A program made the translations under genes and the position numbers. From positions 32,001 through 96,000 of the forward strand of contig CAVVOB010000038.1 in assembly GCA_963749655.1 (NCBI GenBank): a stretch of DNA of 64,000 nt. Reading direction: 5' to 3'. The stretch is from Nitrospirota bacterium (lineage in GTDB: Bacteria > Nitrospirota > UBA9217). Below the pieces are notes generated by a model. The model saw nothing but the letters and a program-made list of their open reading frames with translations, was not told the origin of the DNA and did not search any database. This document shows positions 30,890 through 39,452 of the stretch, piece after piece (within the stretch, counting starts at the first letter, position 1; each line of letters begins with the position of its first letter).

Positions 30890-32188
30890 ATGAAACCGCG
30901 CATCCTCCTCATAAGTCCCTGGATCCACGACTTCGCTGCCTTCAATCTCTGGGCGCGGCCGCTCGGCCTGCTGAAGGTCGCGGAGTACCTGAGCGCCTTC
31001 GAGGTCGATCTTCACTTTATCGACTGCACCGATTCGTTCAGGCCCAATCCGCACGGCATCGGAAAATATCACAGCGAGAGGATCGCGAAACCCGGCCTGC
31101 TCCGGTCGATACCGCGTTATTACAAACGCTACGGCATGTCCGTTCAGGAGTTTCGGTCCCGCCTTCTGTCGCTCATGCCTTTTGATATCGTGCTCATGAC
31201 CTCGCTGATGACCCATTGGTATCCCGGGGTGCAGGAGGCAACAGGGCTCGTGCGCGAGGTCGCACCCGGCGTTCCCGTCATCCTCGGCGGCATCTATCCG
31301 ACACTCCACCCCGAACACGCACAGAAGAACAGCGGTGCGGACCGGATGTATGCGGGGCCGGTGAACAACAATCTCGACCTGCTCATGCACGATCTTGGGC
31401 TTCCGCTCCGACGAAGACAAAACCCGGCGCCCTACTATACCCTGGGCCTTTCATCGCATCGTGCATCAGCGCCCATCCTCACCTCAACAGGATGTCCCTT
31501 TCGCTGCTCCTACTGTGCGTCGAGAATATTGTTCCCCCATTATGAACGCCGGACGGCCCCGGATATTTTGGAGGAGATGGAACGGCATTTCTCTTCCGGG
31601 GTCCGTGACTTCGCATTCTACGATGATGCGCTGCTGTACGATTCCGATAATCACATCAAACCCCTTCTCGAGGCCGTTATCCGCTCCGGCCTCGCCATCA
31701 GGCTCCATGCGCCGAACGGCCTTCATGCGCGGTACGTTGATTCCGATCTGGCAAGGCTGATGAAAAAGTCCGGTTTTGCCACCGTGCGGCTGAGCCTCGA
31801 GACCACCGATCCCGCGCGACAGAAAGAAACGGGTGGAAAAGTTGCGACCCCTGATTTTGAGCGGGCGCTTGCGCATTTGCAGCGCGAGGGGTTCACCAAG
31901 AAGCAGATCGGCGTTTATCTGTTATATGGACTGCCGGGCCAGGCACTGGAGGAAGTGGAGAAGAGCGTGGAATTTCTGAAAAGGGTCGATGTGCGCATCC
32001 ATCTCGCCGAATTCTCGCCGATCAGGGGGACTGCTTCGTGGGACCATCTGGTGAAGCAGGGAGTCATTTCCGATGATCTCGACCCGCTGCTCTGCAACAA
32101 CACCGTTTTTTCGTACCTCTACTCGGGATACGACTGGAATGCCGTTGAGAAGCTGAAGATCGACGTGAAGGAGTACAACCGCAGGTAG
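30890..32188 (+). CDS. B12-binding-domain-like radical SAM protein
   Basis: CPFRCSYC motif; N-terminal PWIHDFAA...PLGLL and VILGGIYPT; FYDDALL; PNGLHAR. Confidence 0.88.
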   Translation: MKPRILLISPWIHDFAAFNLWARPLGLLKVAEYLSAFEVDLHFIDCTDSFRPNPHGIGKYHSERIAKPGLLRSIPRYYKRYGMSVQEFRSRLLSLMPFDIVLMTSLMTHWYPGVQEATGLVREVAPGVPVILGGIYPTLHPEHAQKNSGADRMYAGPVNNNLDLLMHDLGLPLRRRQNPAPYYTLGLSSHRASAPILTSTGCPFRCSYCASRILFPHYERRTAPDILEEMERHFSSGVRDFAFYDDALLYDSDNHIKPLLEAVIRSGLAIRLHAPNGLHARYVDSDLARLMKKSGFATVRLSLETTDPARQKETGGKVATPDFERALAHLQREGFTKKQIGVYLLYGLPGQALEEVEKSVEFLKRVDVRIHLAEFSPIRGTASWDHLVKQGVISDDLDPLLCNNTVFSYLYSGYDWNAVEKLKIDVKEYNRR

Positions 32189-32264
32189 CAGGAAGCCGCC
32201 GGGCCTCCTGCTTCATCACAAAGAGCGCAAAAGAGAAAGGCCCCTCGTGAGCAGGCCCTTCGGG

Positions 32265-32441
32265 TCACGCTTTGTCGCTCTTCTGCCCGCCTGCCGGGTC
32301 CCGTTCCTCCTTCATCGCTTTTTTGAAGGATTGGATGCTCTTCCCGAGCCCTTCGCCGAGCTGCGGCAGACGGCTTGCTCCGAAAAGCACAAGAACGATG
32401 ACCAGAATAACCAGCATTTCCGGCATGCCCAGACCAAACAT
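32265..32441 (-). CDS. tatA: Twin-arginine translocase TatA (58 aa, not in the ORF track)
   Basis: Translated by hand: [58 protein letters not shown]; RBS AGGAG. Confidence 0.92.
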   Translation of the reverse strand: MFGLGMPEMLVILVIVLVLFGASRLPQLGEGLGKSIQSFKKAMKEERDPAGGQKSDKA

Positions 32442-32498
32442 GGATTCTCCTTTTCCCTCGCCATAGCGCTGCTGCGATGCTGCGGCAAGTTCTGTTTT

Positions 32499-32834
32499 TT
32501 AAGATAGCTTCGGAACGGCTGCCGCAGCTTCCGCTTCGGCATCGCCCTGTGCATGCTCCGTTTCCCCGTATTCATTTCCGGGAACGCCCCTCGGCACGAT
32601 CTGTTCCCGGCTCGCGATCTCATGGGCGGTCGGCGCAAGTTCCTCGACCCGGGCAGTTTTTTCGACTGCCTTCATTTCTTCCTTCACGGAGTCCTGAAAT
32701 TCCTGCGACGCTTTTTTGAACTCCGCCATTGCGCGACCTACCGATCTGCCGAGGTCGGGAAGCCGTTTGGGGCCGAAGACGAGCAGGGCGATCACGCCGA
32801 TGACGAGCAATTCCGGTATTCCGAGTCCGAACAT
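32499..32834 (-). CDS. tatB: Twin-arginine translocase TatA/TatB-family subunit
   Basis: MFGLGIPELLVIGVIALLVFGPKRLPDLGRSVGRAMAEFKK; longer acidic tail. TatB versus second TatA is uncertain. Confidence 0.8.
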   Translation of the reverse strand: MFGLGIPELLVIGVIALLVFGPKRLPDLGRSVGRAMAEFKKASQEFQDSVKEEMKAVEKTARVEELAPTAHEIASREQIVPRGVPGNEYGETEHAQGDAEAEAAAAVPKLS

Positions 32835-32947
32835 GGATGATTCTCCTGTTGAAGCAGCGGTCGTTCCTGCGTTTGTTCACGACGGCTGCGGCGAAAATGA
32901 CGGGCGGGCGAACTGCCCGCCCGTCGATGCGATCCCTTCCGGCAAGC

Positions 32948-33736
32948 TTACGACTTTGCAGCAGGGGGCGCCGGAACATTGGCGCCGTGGCACTCGGTGC
33001 AATTGTTCTGAGACGTTATGCCGTTGTTCAGCACATTCGCCAGGGGCTTGTTGACCGGCGTGTATTTGCCGCCCGCGGCATGCCATGTGTTGAGCATCTC
33101 GACGGTCTTGTAGGCGATCGTCGCGGCGACGCGGGCGCACCGCTCGGCCCGTTCATTCGTGAGAAACGCCACGTTCTCCGCTTTCATCCATTTGCCGACG
33201 GAAATGTGGCACACCGGGGTGTCCGCCTTGGTTGTCATTCTGATATCGGCCTTGATCGCCTTGGCGGGCTTATAGACCGGCAGCACGGTATTGGCATAGT
33301 AGGTCATGATGTCGTTGCTCATTGCCTCGGCAGTGTCGATATTGCCGGTGATGAGGCCCATTGCGATGCTGGCCCCGACCGGCGATCCGCAGACCGTGCC
33401 CCATCCCGCAATGCCGCCGTGGGCCCACCGCATGGACTCGACAGGGAACGATTTGTAGGGGTCGCCGACGCTTTTTGCGAGCGGGGTAAAGATGCCCTTC
33501 AGCACGGTGGAAGCGCACCACAGGTCGAAATAGTTCTCGTAGGCGATCTTCGCCGCCTCTTCGGGGTTGACCGGCTTGTACTGCCAGGTTTTGTATCCCT
33601 CGACCTTGGCCAGGACGATTCCGGGAACCGCCGATGAAAGCGCCGTGATGCCGGCGACACTTACCGCGCACTTGCCTGCATTGATAAGAAGACTTCTCCT
33701 CGACATCTCTGTATCAAGTATCGTATTCTCTTCCAT
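32948..33736 (-). CDS. Split-Soret cytochrome c-like (C_GCAxxG_C_C family) Tat-exported redox protein
   Basis: Tat signal SRRSLL; WCASTV; GWGTVCGSPVG; PVCHISV; ERCARV; C-terminal heme motif CTECH. Confidence 0.85.
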   Translation of the reverse strand: MEENTILDTEMSRRSLLINAGKCAVSVAGITALSSAVPGIVLAKVEGYKTWQYKPVNPEEAAKIAYENYFDLWCASTVLKGIFTPLAKSVGDPYKSFPVESMRWAHGGIAGWGTVCGSPVGASIAMGLITGNIDTAEAMSNDIMTYYANTVLPVYKPAKAIKADIRMTTKADTPVCHISVGKWMKAENVAFLTNERAERCARVAATIAYKTVEMLNTWHAAGGKYTPVNKPLANVLNNGITSQNNCTECHGANVPAPPAAKS

Positions 33737-34015
33737 GGATTATATCCTCCTGATAGGGTTAGGGGCCGACCGTCCGGTGCTGCACGGAACGGACCTGTTG
33801 CATGGGAGAAACATTCGGAGACGCGGAAAAATGACTCCGCTCCCGTCATATCATCATGTGCGGGCATGAGAATGCGGATATGCCGAAGCGGAGCCGAGCT
33901 TAAAGGGGAGGAATGCCCCTGAGGGACAGTCCGTGCGCGAACGCATGCACGCACATGCGCAGGCGCAGTTGTGATGAAAGCTCTCGACTTCGGTTTTGGG
34001 ATGAGGCGCTTGAGA

Positions 34016-34300
34016 TCAGGCTTTTGGCGGACGTTCGTCCAGAGAAACAAACAGGGAAGGCTTGAAGGGGATGACCGTGATTGCCGCTGCTGCGCTCTGC
34101 TCGAGCGGCGGGTGCATGCAGGGGCACTCATTCATGCACGGCATGTCTCCGTTCGACGAGAGGGCCGGCATTGCCGAGTGGCAGACGTCAAGGGTCCCGA
34201 GGACCGCGTGGTTCCCGTTGCCGGAGAAAGCCGGCATGACGGGCGGGATGATAATGCCGAGGACGATCGAAAAAAGGATGAGAACTGCCTGACATTTCAT
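34016..34300 (-). CDS. Small exported Cys/His-rich protein ending ERPPKA (DUF2946/leader-peptide-like)
   Basis: Hydrophobic N-terminus; LDVCH; CMNECPCMH; C-terminal ERPP. Confidence 0.55.
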   Translation of the reverse strand: MKCQAVLILFSIVLGIIIPPVMPAFSGNGNHAVLGTLDVCHSAMPALSSNGDMPCMNECPCMHPPLEQSAAAAITVIPFKPSLFVSLDERPPKA

Positions 34301-34559
34301 GGTCGCCATCATAGTGAGAACGAAATATCCTGTCAACGTAAAGTTCCAATTTGAGAATAATGGTTAGTCGCCGTTTGCGGCTTGCAAGGTCCTGCTCACG
34401 CCCTTTTTCGTTTGTCATGATCATTCGCACCGGTGATCGCACCCTGAGCCGGTCGGTTTCAAACGACAGGGCTGGTGCAGCCAACGGAGACGGACACCTG
34501 GACACCGCCGAAAGCGCACGGTATAATAGGCTTCGCTGTAACAACTTCAGGGAGGAACG

Positions 34560-34997
34560 ATGAAACATTTCTTCGGAAGCTTATTGTTTCTGACGGTGAT
34601 GGCTCTCCTGCCGTCCGGGGCCTGTGCAGACAACTGCGGGTCCGGTGCAGCGAAGATCACGGAGGCGGCGAAAAAGTTCTCCGTCATTGTACCGCGCTCG
34701 GCCGGCCTGGGCGAGCAGTCCTACGACGACATCGGCTGTGCCGTTGTTGCGAGGAACGGAGAGTGCGCGACCCGCCAAGGCATGTTCGACAGCGGAGCAA
34801 TTGTTCGCGACTATTCGACAGGCGAGGATCTTGCCACGGAAAAGGCCTTTTTCGTCCTGAGGACCGATGTACAGACGCCGCAAGGCTACGGCATCGCGGC
34901 GTTCAAGGACCGGGCCGGGGCGGAAAAGTTCTCGGCAGACCACGGAAAGGGCAGTGTGGTCAGATGGTTCGAGCTGGTCGATGAAAAGCTGAAGTAA
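34560..34997 (+). CDS. NosL-like periplasmic protein
   Basis: Signal peptide; YDDIGC; VRDY; AFFV...TPQGYGIAAFKDRAGAEKF, similar to the NosL C-terminal half. Confidence 0.7.
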   Translation: MKHFFGSLLFLTVMALLPSGACADNCGSGAAKITEAAKKFSVIVPRSAGLGEQSYDDIGCAVVARNGECATRQGMFDSGAIVRDYSTGEDLATEKAFFVLRTDVQTPQGYGIAAFKDRAGAEKFSADHGKGSVVRWFELVDEKLK

Positions 34998-35033
34998 CGA
35001 AGCGCGGCGAAAAAACGCAGAGGGGAGGAATCC

Positions 35034-35306
35034 ATGATCGACAAAAAACCATCTCGCCTGAAACGACCTCGCTATCCAATGCCTCCTTTCGTCCGGAAGG
35101 CCCTGGTCAGCGGCAACCTTATGGCCGCCTACAAAAGCCGGCCGCCCTACCAGCAGAACGATTACATCGGCTGGATCAAGCGCGCGAAGCTGAAGACCAC
35201 ACAGGACAAGAGGCTGGCCCAGATGCTCGATGAGCTGGAGCGCGGAGACCGGTACATGAAGATGGCGTACCGGCCGAAAGCGGCCAAGGGAGCGCCTTCA
35301 CAATGA
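35034..35306 (+). CDS. YdeI/OmpD-associated family protein
   Basis: PPYQQNDYIGWIKRAK...KRLAQMLDEL; RBS GGAGG. Confidence 0.8.
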   Translation: MIDKKPSRLKRPRYPMPPFVRKALVSGNLMAAYKSRPPYQQNDYIGWIKRAKLKTTQDKRLAQMLDELERGDRYMKMAYRPKAAKGAPSQ

Positions 35307-35318
35307 TATCCGCACTGC

Positions 35319-35894
35319 TCAGGGCTTCAGCTTCTCCTTGTATTTCACCCCGTCCTTCCAGGCATTCCCCACCTGTTCTCCGAGGGCCCAGAACCGGTTG
35401 TCCGGCATGGTGAGCAGGAAGGGCCGCATTTTTTTCGGGTCCGCCTTTTTGTCGGTCAGGTACCGTTCTTCCGAATAGATGTTGCTGATCTCGCCGATGA
35501 AAAAGCTGTTCGTGGGAAGTTCCACGGTCTGCACCACCCGGCATTCGATGTTCAAGGGGCAGGCGGTTATCATGGGCGCTGCCTTGAGCTCCCCGTAGAA
35601 GACCTCGAAGAGCGCGGACTTGTCCGTGCTCTTTGCCGACGTGATGCCGCAGTAATCGGTAATCGCCACCATGTCCGTTGACGGGACGTTCACGCTGAAC
35701 TCGCCGGTCTTGTGGATCGCCTCGTTCGTTACATGCCCCTTGCCCACGCAGATGCCGAGCATGGCCGGCTGGAAGTTTACCCGGGTGAGCCAGTCCAGGG
35801 CCATGAAATTGACCTTGCCTTCCACATGGCTGCCCAGCAGGGTCTGGGTCCAGGGAAGGCAGAAGAGGTTCTTGTCGACTGTGATTTTGGTCAT
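35319..35894 (-). CDS. Flavin reductase-like (flavoredoxin) protein
   Basis: NFMAL; GEFSVNVP; TDYCG; APMITACPLNIECRV; RBS AGGAGG before ATG 35894. Confidence 0.88.
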   Translation of the reverse strand: MTKITVDKNLFCLPWTQTLLGSHVEGKVNFMALDWLTRVNFQPAMLGICVGKGHVTNEAIHKTGEFSVNVPSTDMVAITDYCGITSAKSTDKSALFEVFYGELKAAPMITACPLNIECRVVQTVELPTNSFFIGEISNIYSEERYLTDKKADPKKMRPFLLTMPDNRFWALGEQVGNAWKDGVKYKEKLKP

Positions 35895-36005
35895 ACGTCC
35901 TCCTGGGATAGATTGAAGATCATAGAATGAGAATACCATAAAAAGGGTGCCTGTGTTTCTTATCGAATCGATATGGAGCAGGTTGAAAATTGCTATAATT
36001 CCTTC

Positions 36006-36452
36006 ATGGAACAGGAGCACAAAAGGAAAACCAGCTTCCAACCCTTTATGCGTCTATCCGGAGCATTCTGTCTCCTTGCAATGGCGGTCCTGCTGGGCAG
36101 CTGTTCTTCAGAACCGTCCGACAGGAGGGCCAGGGCCGATCTGCAGAAGTGGTTTGAAAACCGCTGGTCCCGCACCGTCGTGATCATGGAACACGAAGTG
36201 ATAAACAAAGCGTCGAGCAACGGGAACTACCTCGTAGAGTACCGGGCGAAGGCCCGGTTCATCAGGGACGCGAGCGGCTGCGTCCTGACGTGCTGCGGCG
36301 AAGTTTGTTTCGACAAGCTGGTCGACGGATTCAAATGGATCGAAAAGACATCAGGCGATCCCCGCGTTATCCGGAAAGGAGATACATTCGAAACGCGGGG
36401 AAAAAGGACGTATACGAAAACCGGAGGAGGATGGCAGTGCGAAGAAATGTGA
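36006..36452 (+). CDS. Cys-rich lipoprotein of unknown function
   Basis: Lipobox LLGSC; CVLTCCGEVC cluster. Confidence 0.6.
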   Translation: MEQEHKRKTSFQPFMRLSGAFCLLAMAVLLGSCSSEPSDRRARADLQKWFENRWSRTVVIMEHEVINKASSNGNYLVEYRAKARFIRDASGCVLTCCGEVCFDKLVDGFKWIEKTSGDPRVIRKGDTFETRGKRTYTKTGGGWQCEEM

Positions 36453-36468
36453 TCACGAGGGAAGCCCT

Positions 36469-38226
36469 ATGAGAGACTGGAGAGCCCTGCTCGCGCGAAT
36501 GTTGCCCGCCGCAGGCTGGTGGCCGCAGGTGAACCAGCGAACGCTGAAGAGCGACCTGATGGCGGGCCTTACCGGCGCCATCATCGTCCTGCCGCAGGGC
36601 GTGGCCTTTGCCATCATTGCCGGCCTGCCGCCGGAGTACGGTCTCTATACCGCGATCGTCCCCGCCGTCATCGCCGCGCTTTTCGGCTCGTCCCATCACC
36701 TGGTCTCCGGTCCGACCACGGCCATTTCCATCGTGCTCTTCACGACCGTGAGTCCGCTGGTGCAGACCGGCACGACCACCTACATCGAATTGATCCTGAC
36801 CATTACGTTTCTGGCGGGCCTGTTTCAGTTTGCGCTCGGACTCGCGCGGCTCGGCGCGCTCGTGAACTTCGTGTCCCATTCCGTGGTGGTGGGGTTTACG
36901 GCCGGCGCCGCGCTCCTGATCGGCACGAGCCAGCTCAGCAATTTTCTCGGCGTTCCCGGCTCCAAGCGCCATGCCTTCATCCATGTCTGGGCCGACCTGC
37001 TTCAGCATGTTTCAAGCATCAATCCCGTTGTCCTGGCAATCTCCGCGACAACGCTCGTATTCGCGCTGCTCTTTAAGCGATTTCTGCCGAGGATGCCGGG
37101 CTTGCTCTTTGCCATGGTCATCGGCAGCCTGCTGTCGCTCGTTCTGAACGGAAAAGAACACGGAGTGCGCCTCGTGGGATCGCTGCCCGCACACCTGCCG
37201 CCGCTCTCGCTGCCCGATCTCTCGACGGCGAACATCCGCAGCCTCGCTCCGCCGGCGCTGGCAGTCGCCATGCTCGGCCTGGCAGAAGCGGTTTCCATCG
37301 CCCGCGCCGTCGGCACGAAGTCGCACCAGCGCATAGACAGCAACCAGGAGTTTATCGGTCAGGGCCTGGCGAACATGATCGGCAGCTTCTTTTCGAGCTA
37401 CGCATCGTCGGGCTCCTTCACCCGCACGGGTGTGAACTACGATGCCGGCGCGAAGACGCCCCTGGCCGCCGTGTTCGCGGCGGCGGCGCTCATGCTCATC
37501 CTGCTTTTGATCGCGCCGCTCACGGCTTACCTTCCGATCCCTGCCATGGCCGGCGTTCTGCTGCTCGTGGCCTGGAACCTCGTCGATTTCCACCACATCG
37601 CCACGATCATCCGGACGAGCCGCCAGGAGGCCGCGGTGCTTGCGGTGACCTTCGTTGCCACCCTGCTGGTGGAGCTGGAGTTCGCGATCTATGTCGGGGT
37701 CATGCTCTCGCTCCTGCTGTATCTGAACCGCACCTCTCATCCCGGGTTCGTGACGCTCGTGCCCGAACACCAGGACGATCACCAGCGCTTCATCAACATC
37801 GAACGGAAAAACCTGCCTGAATGTCCGCAGCTCAAGATCCTGCGCGTAGACGGCTCTCTTTTCTTCGGCGCGGTGAACCATTTTGCAGAAGAGCTGCGCA
37901 CCATAGCGAAGGAAAGCCCTGAGCAGGCCCATATCCTGATCGTGGGCGGAGGCATCAACTTCATCGATGTGGCCGGCTGCGAGACCCTTGCCAACGAGGC
38001 GCACCGCCTGCACATGGAGGGAAGGAAGCTTTACCTCTGCTCCCTGAAAGGCGAGGTGGTCGAAATGCTCCATAACGGAGGGTACATCGACCGCATCGGC
38101 GCAGAGAACATCCTCGGCTCCAAGAAGGCCGCAATCGCTGCGCTCGTTCCCCGTCTCGATCCGGAGCGGTGCCGGGTCTGCAGCCGCCGGGTGTTCGACG
38201 AGTGCCGGTTCATGCCCGGCGCGTGA
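36469..38226 (+). CDS. sulP: SulP/SLC26 anion permease with STAS domain
   Basis: DLMAGLT...PQGVAFA..AGLPPEYGLY; NQEFIGQG; SSGSFTRT; STAS domain (DGSLFFGA, NFIDVAG). Confidence 0.93.
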   Translation: MRDWRALLARMLPAAGWWPQVNQRTLKSDLMAGLTGAIIVLPQGVAFAIIAGLPPEYGLYTAIVPAVIAALFGSSHHLVSGPTTAISIVLFTTVSPLVQTGTTTYIELILTITFLAGLFQFALGLARLGALVNFVSHSVVVGFTAGAALLIGTSQLSNFLGVPGSKRHAFIHVWADLLQHVSSINPVVLAISATTLVFALLFKRFLPRMPGLLFAMVIGSLLSLVLNGKEHGVRLVGSLPAHLPPLSLPDLSTANIRSLAPPALAVAMLGLAEAVSIARAVGTKSHQRIDSNQEFIGQGLANMIGSFFSSYASSGSFTRTGVNYDAGAKTPLAAVFAAAALMLILLLIAPLTAYLPIPAMAGVLLLVAWNLVDFHHIATIIRTSRQEAAVLAVTFVATLLVELEFAIYVGVMLSLLLYLNRTSHPGFVTLVPEHQDDHQRFINIERKNLPECPQLKILRVDGSLFFGAVNHFAEELRTIAKESPEQAHILIVGGGINFIDVAGCETLANEAHRLHMEGRKLYLCSLKGEVVEMLHNGGYIDRIGAENILGSKKAAIAALVPRLDPERCRVCSRRVFDECRFMPGA

Positions 38227-38261
38227 GCTGAAGAATGAGTCGTAGATGCCGCTGCCGGGCA

Positions 38262-38460
38262 ATCCCGCGCCTTGGCATCCCCCGACTCCTGCCGGGGGTG
38301 GAAAGCGCTCACTCGCGCGTGACACGAACGTGTCACGCATGCGCGAGTTCGCAGTTCCACCTGGCACTCCGTGCATCCGCACTCGTAAACGCCGGGTGCA
38401 GGCGGGAGGTCGCTACGATTTAGAGTCCCGACAGGTCGGGATGCTGGAGGGGGCTCCACT
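38262..38460. repeat. Structured modular repeat, family C, copy 2
   Basis: 38304-38358 is identical to 39345-39399; 38357-38413 is identical to 27293-27349. Confidence 0.88.
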
Positions 38461-38467
38461 TCAATCC

Positions 38468-39223
38468 TTATTCAGCGAAACCGAACAGCACGCTCTGAAT
38501 GATCTTCGTACCTTTGATCATCTGTCCCGCGGTTAAGTACACTCCTCGAATTCTATGAGTCCTTTTTCGGTGCTCTCTGGCATGTTCTTCCGACCGGAAG
38601 AAGACCGTCTCCTTTCAAAATGCGTTGATGATGCTCTCGTCCTGCAGGGTCAGAAGATCCACGTCCGGAATGAAGACCATAGGCGCCCGGCCCCCGTCCT
38701 TGACCGTGAAATTGAGATCGCTGTCGATCGTCAATTCCATCGGCTCCTTGCAGTGAGCGCATTCGGTGCGCACCGTGACGGTGATCGGCTGGTTTCGTAA
38801 GCGCCCTTGCACGAAGGGCGTTGCAAATGCATCCGCTGCTCAGGCCGCGTACACCTGCTCGCCGGTGCTGAAGGTAAGGTGATGGGGGGTCTTATCCACG
38901 GTGACCGGGTATGCCCAGGTAACGGCTCCCTCCTTGTTCCTGAACAGGAAGGTCATGTGTTTCTCCAGGTCTTCCAGGAGGCGCACGACCCGGTCAGGGG
39001 GCAGGGACAGTTTTTGCGAAATGAGCCCGGGGCTTAATGGCTTTCCCGTGCGCGGCAGCTCCGCAACCACGAGATGGTGCACACGGCGATGGTCCGTTGT
39101 CATGAAGCCCATGGCTGCCTCAAAGCGCATCTTCTGGCGAAGGAGCTTCTTTTCCGGGTCCACGAGAGCGGACGGGATACTCAGCATGTACTTCCATAAT
39201 CCAAGCATGATTCGGTTCTTCAT
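38468..39223 (-). CDS. merB: MerB-like organomercurial lyase, predicted selenoprotein with two Sec (UGA at 38840-38842 and 38615-38617); 251 aa
   Basis: One reading frame from ATG 39223 (RBS AAGGAGG) to TAA 38468 with two internal TGA: ...AYPVT...QVYAA-U-AADAF...TECAHC...IINAF-U-KETVFFRSEEHA... This matches the MerB motifs YAWCALD and AFCCHVHFFAS; SECIS-like hairpins follow both UGAs. Confidence 0.85.
38585..38614 (-). promoter_or_regulatory. Bacterial SECIS-like element for UGA 38615-38617
   Basis: mRNA UUCUUCC-GGUC-GGAAGAA: 7-bp stem; GGU loop begins at +20 after the UGA. Confidence 0.78.
38802..38839 (-). promoter_or_regulatory. Bacterial SECIS-like element for UGA 38840-38842
   Basis: mRNA CGCCCUU-CGUGC-AAGGGCG: 7-bp stem; loop begins at +27 after the UGA, with G at loop position 2 followed by U. 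Confidence 0.75.
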
Positions 39224-39303
39224 TTGTACCTCCTTTGTGCAATGCAATCACGAAACTCTAATATCGAAATTCTAAACAAGGACAACTGCATGAGTCAAAG
39301 GCA

Positions 39304-39452
39304 TCTCGCGCAAAGCCGCAAAGGGAATCCGGAATTGCCGTATGAGCGCTCACTCGCGCGTGACACGAACGTGTCACGCATGCGCGAGTTCGCAGTTCCG
39401 GGAGGTCGCGTTGTTCGAGGGAGCCTCCGGCTCCTGCCGGAGGGGGCTCCAC
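39304..39452. repeat. Family B half-element (39304-39323) plus family C copy 3 (internal module absent)
   Basis: TCTCGCGCAAAGCCGCAAAG is also at 49944-49963; 55-bp block identical to 38304-38358; ends GGAGGGGGCTCCACT like copy 2. Confidence 0.85.

Noticed and set aside
34560-34997. Nitrous oxide reductase (nos) cluster
   Set aside because: Only a lone NosL-like gene; no nosZ, nosD, nosF or nosY in the window.
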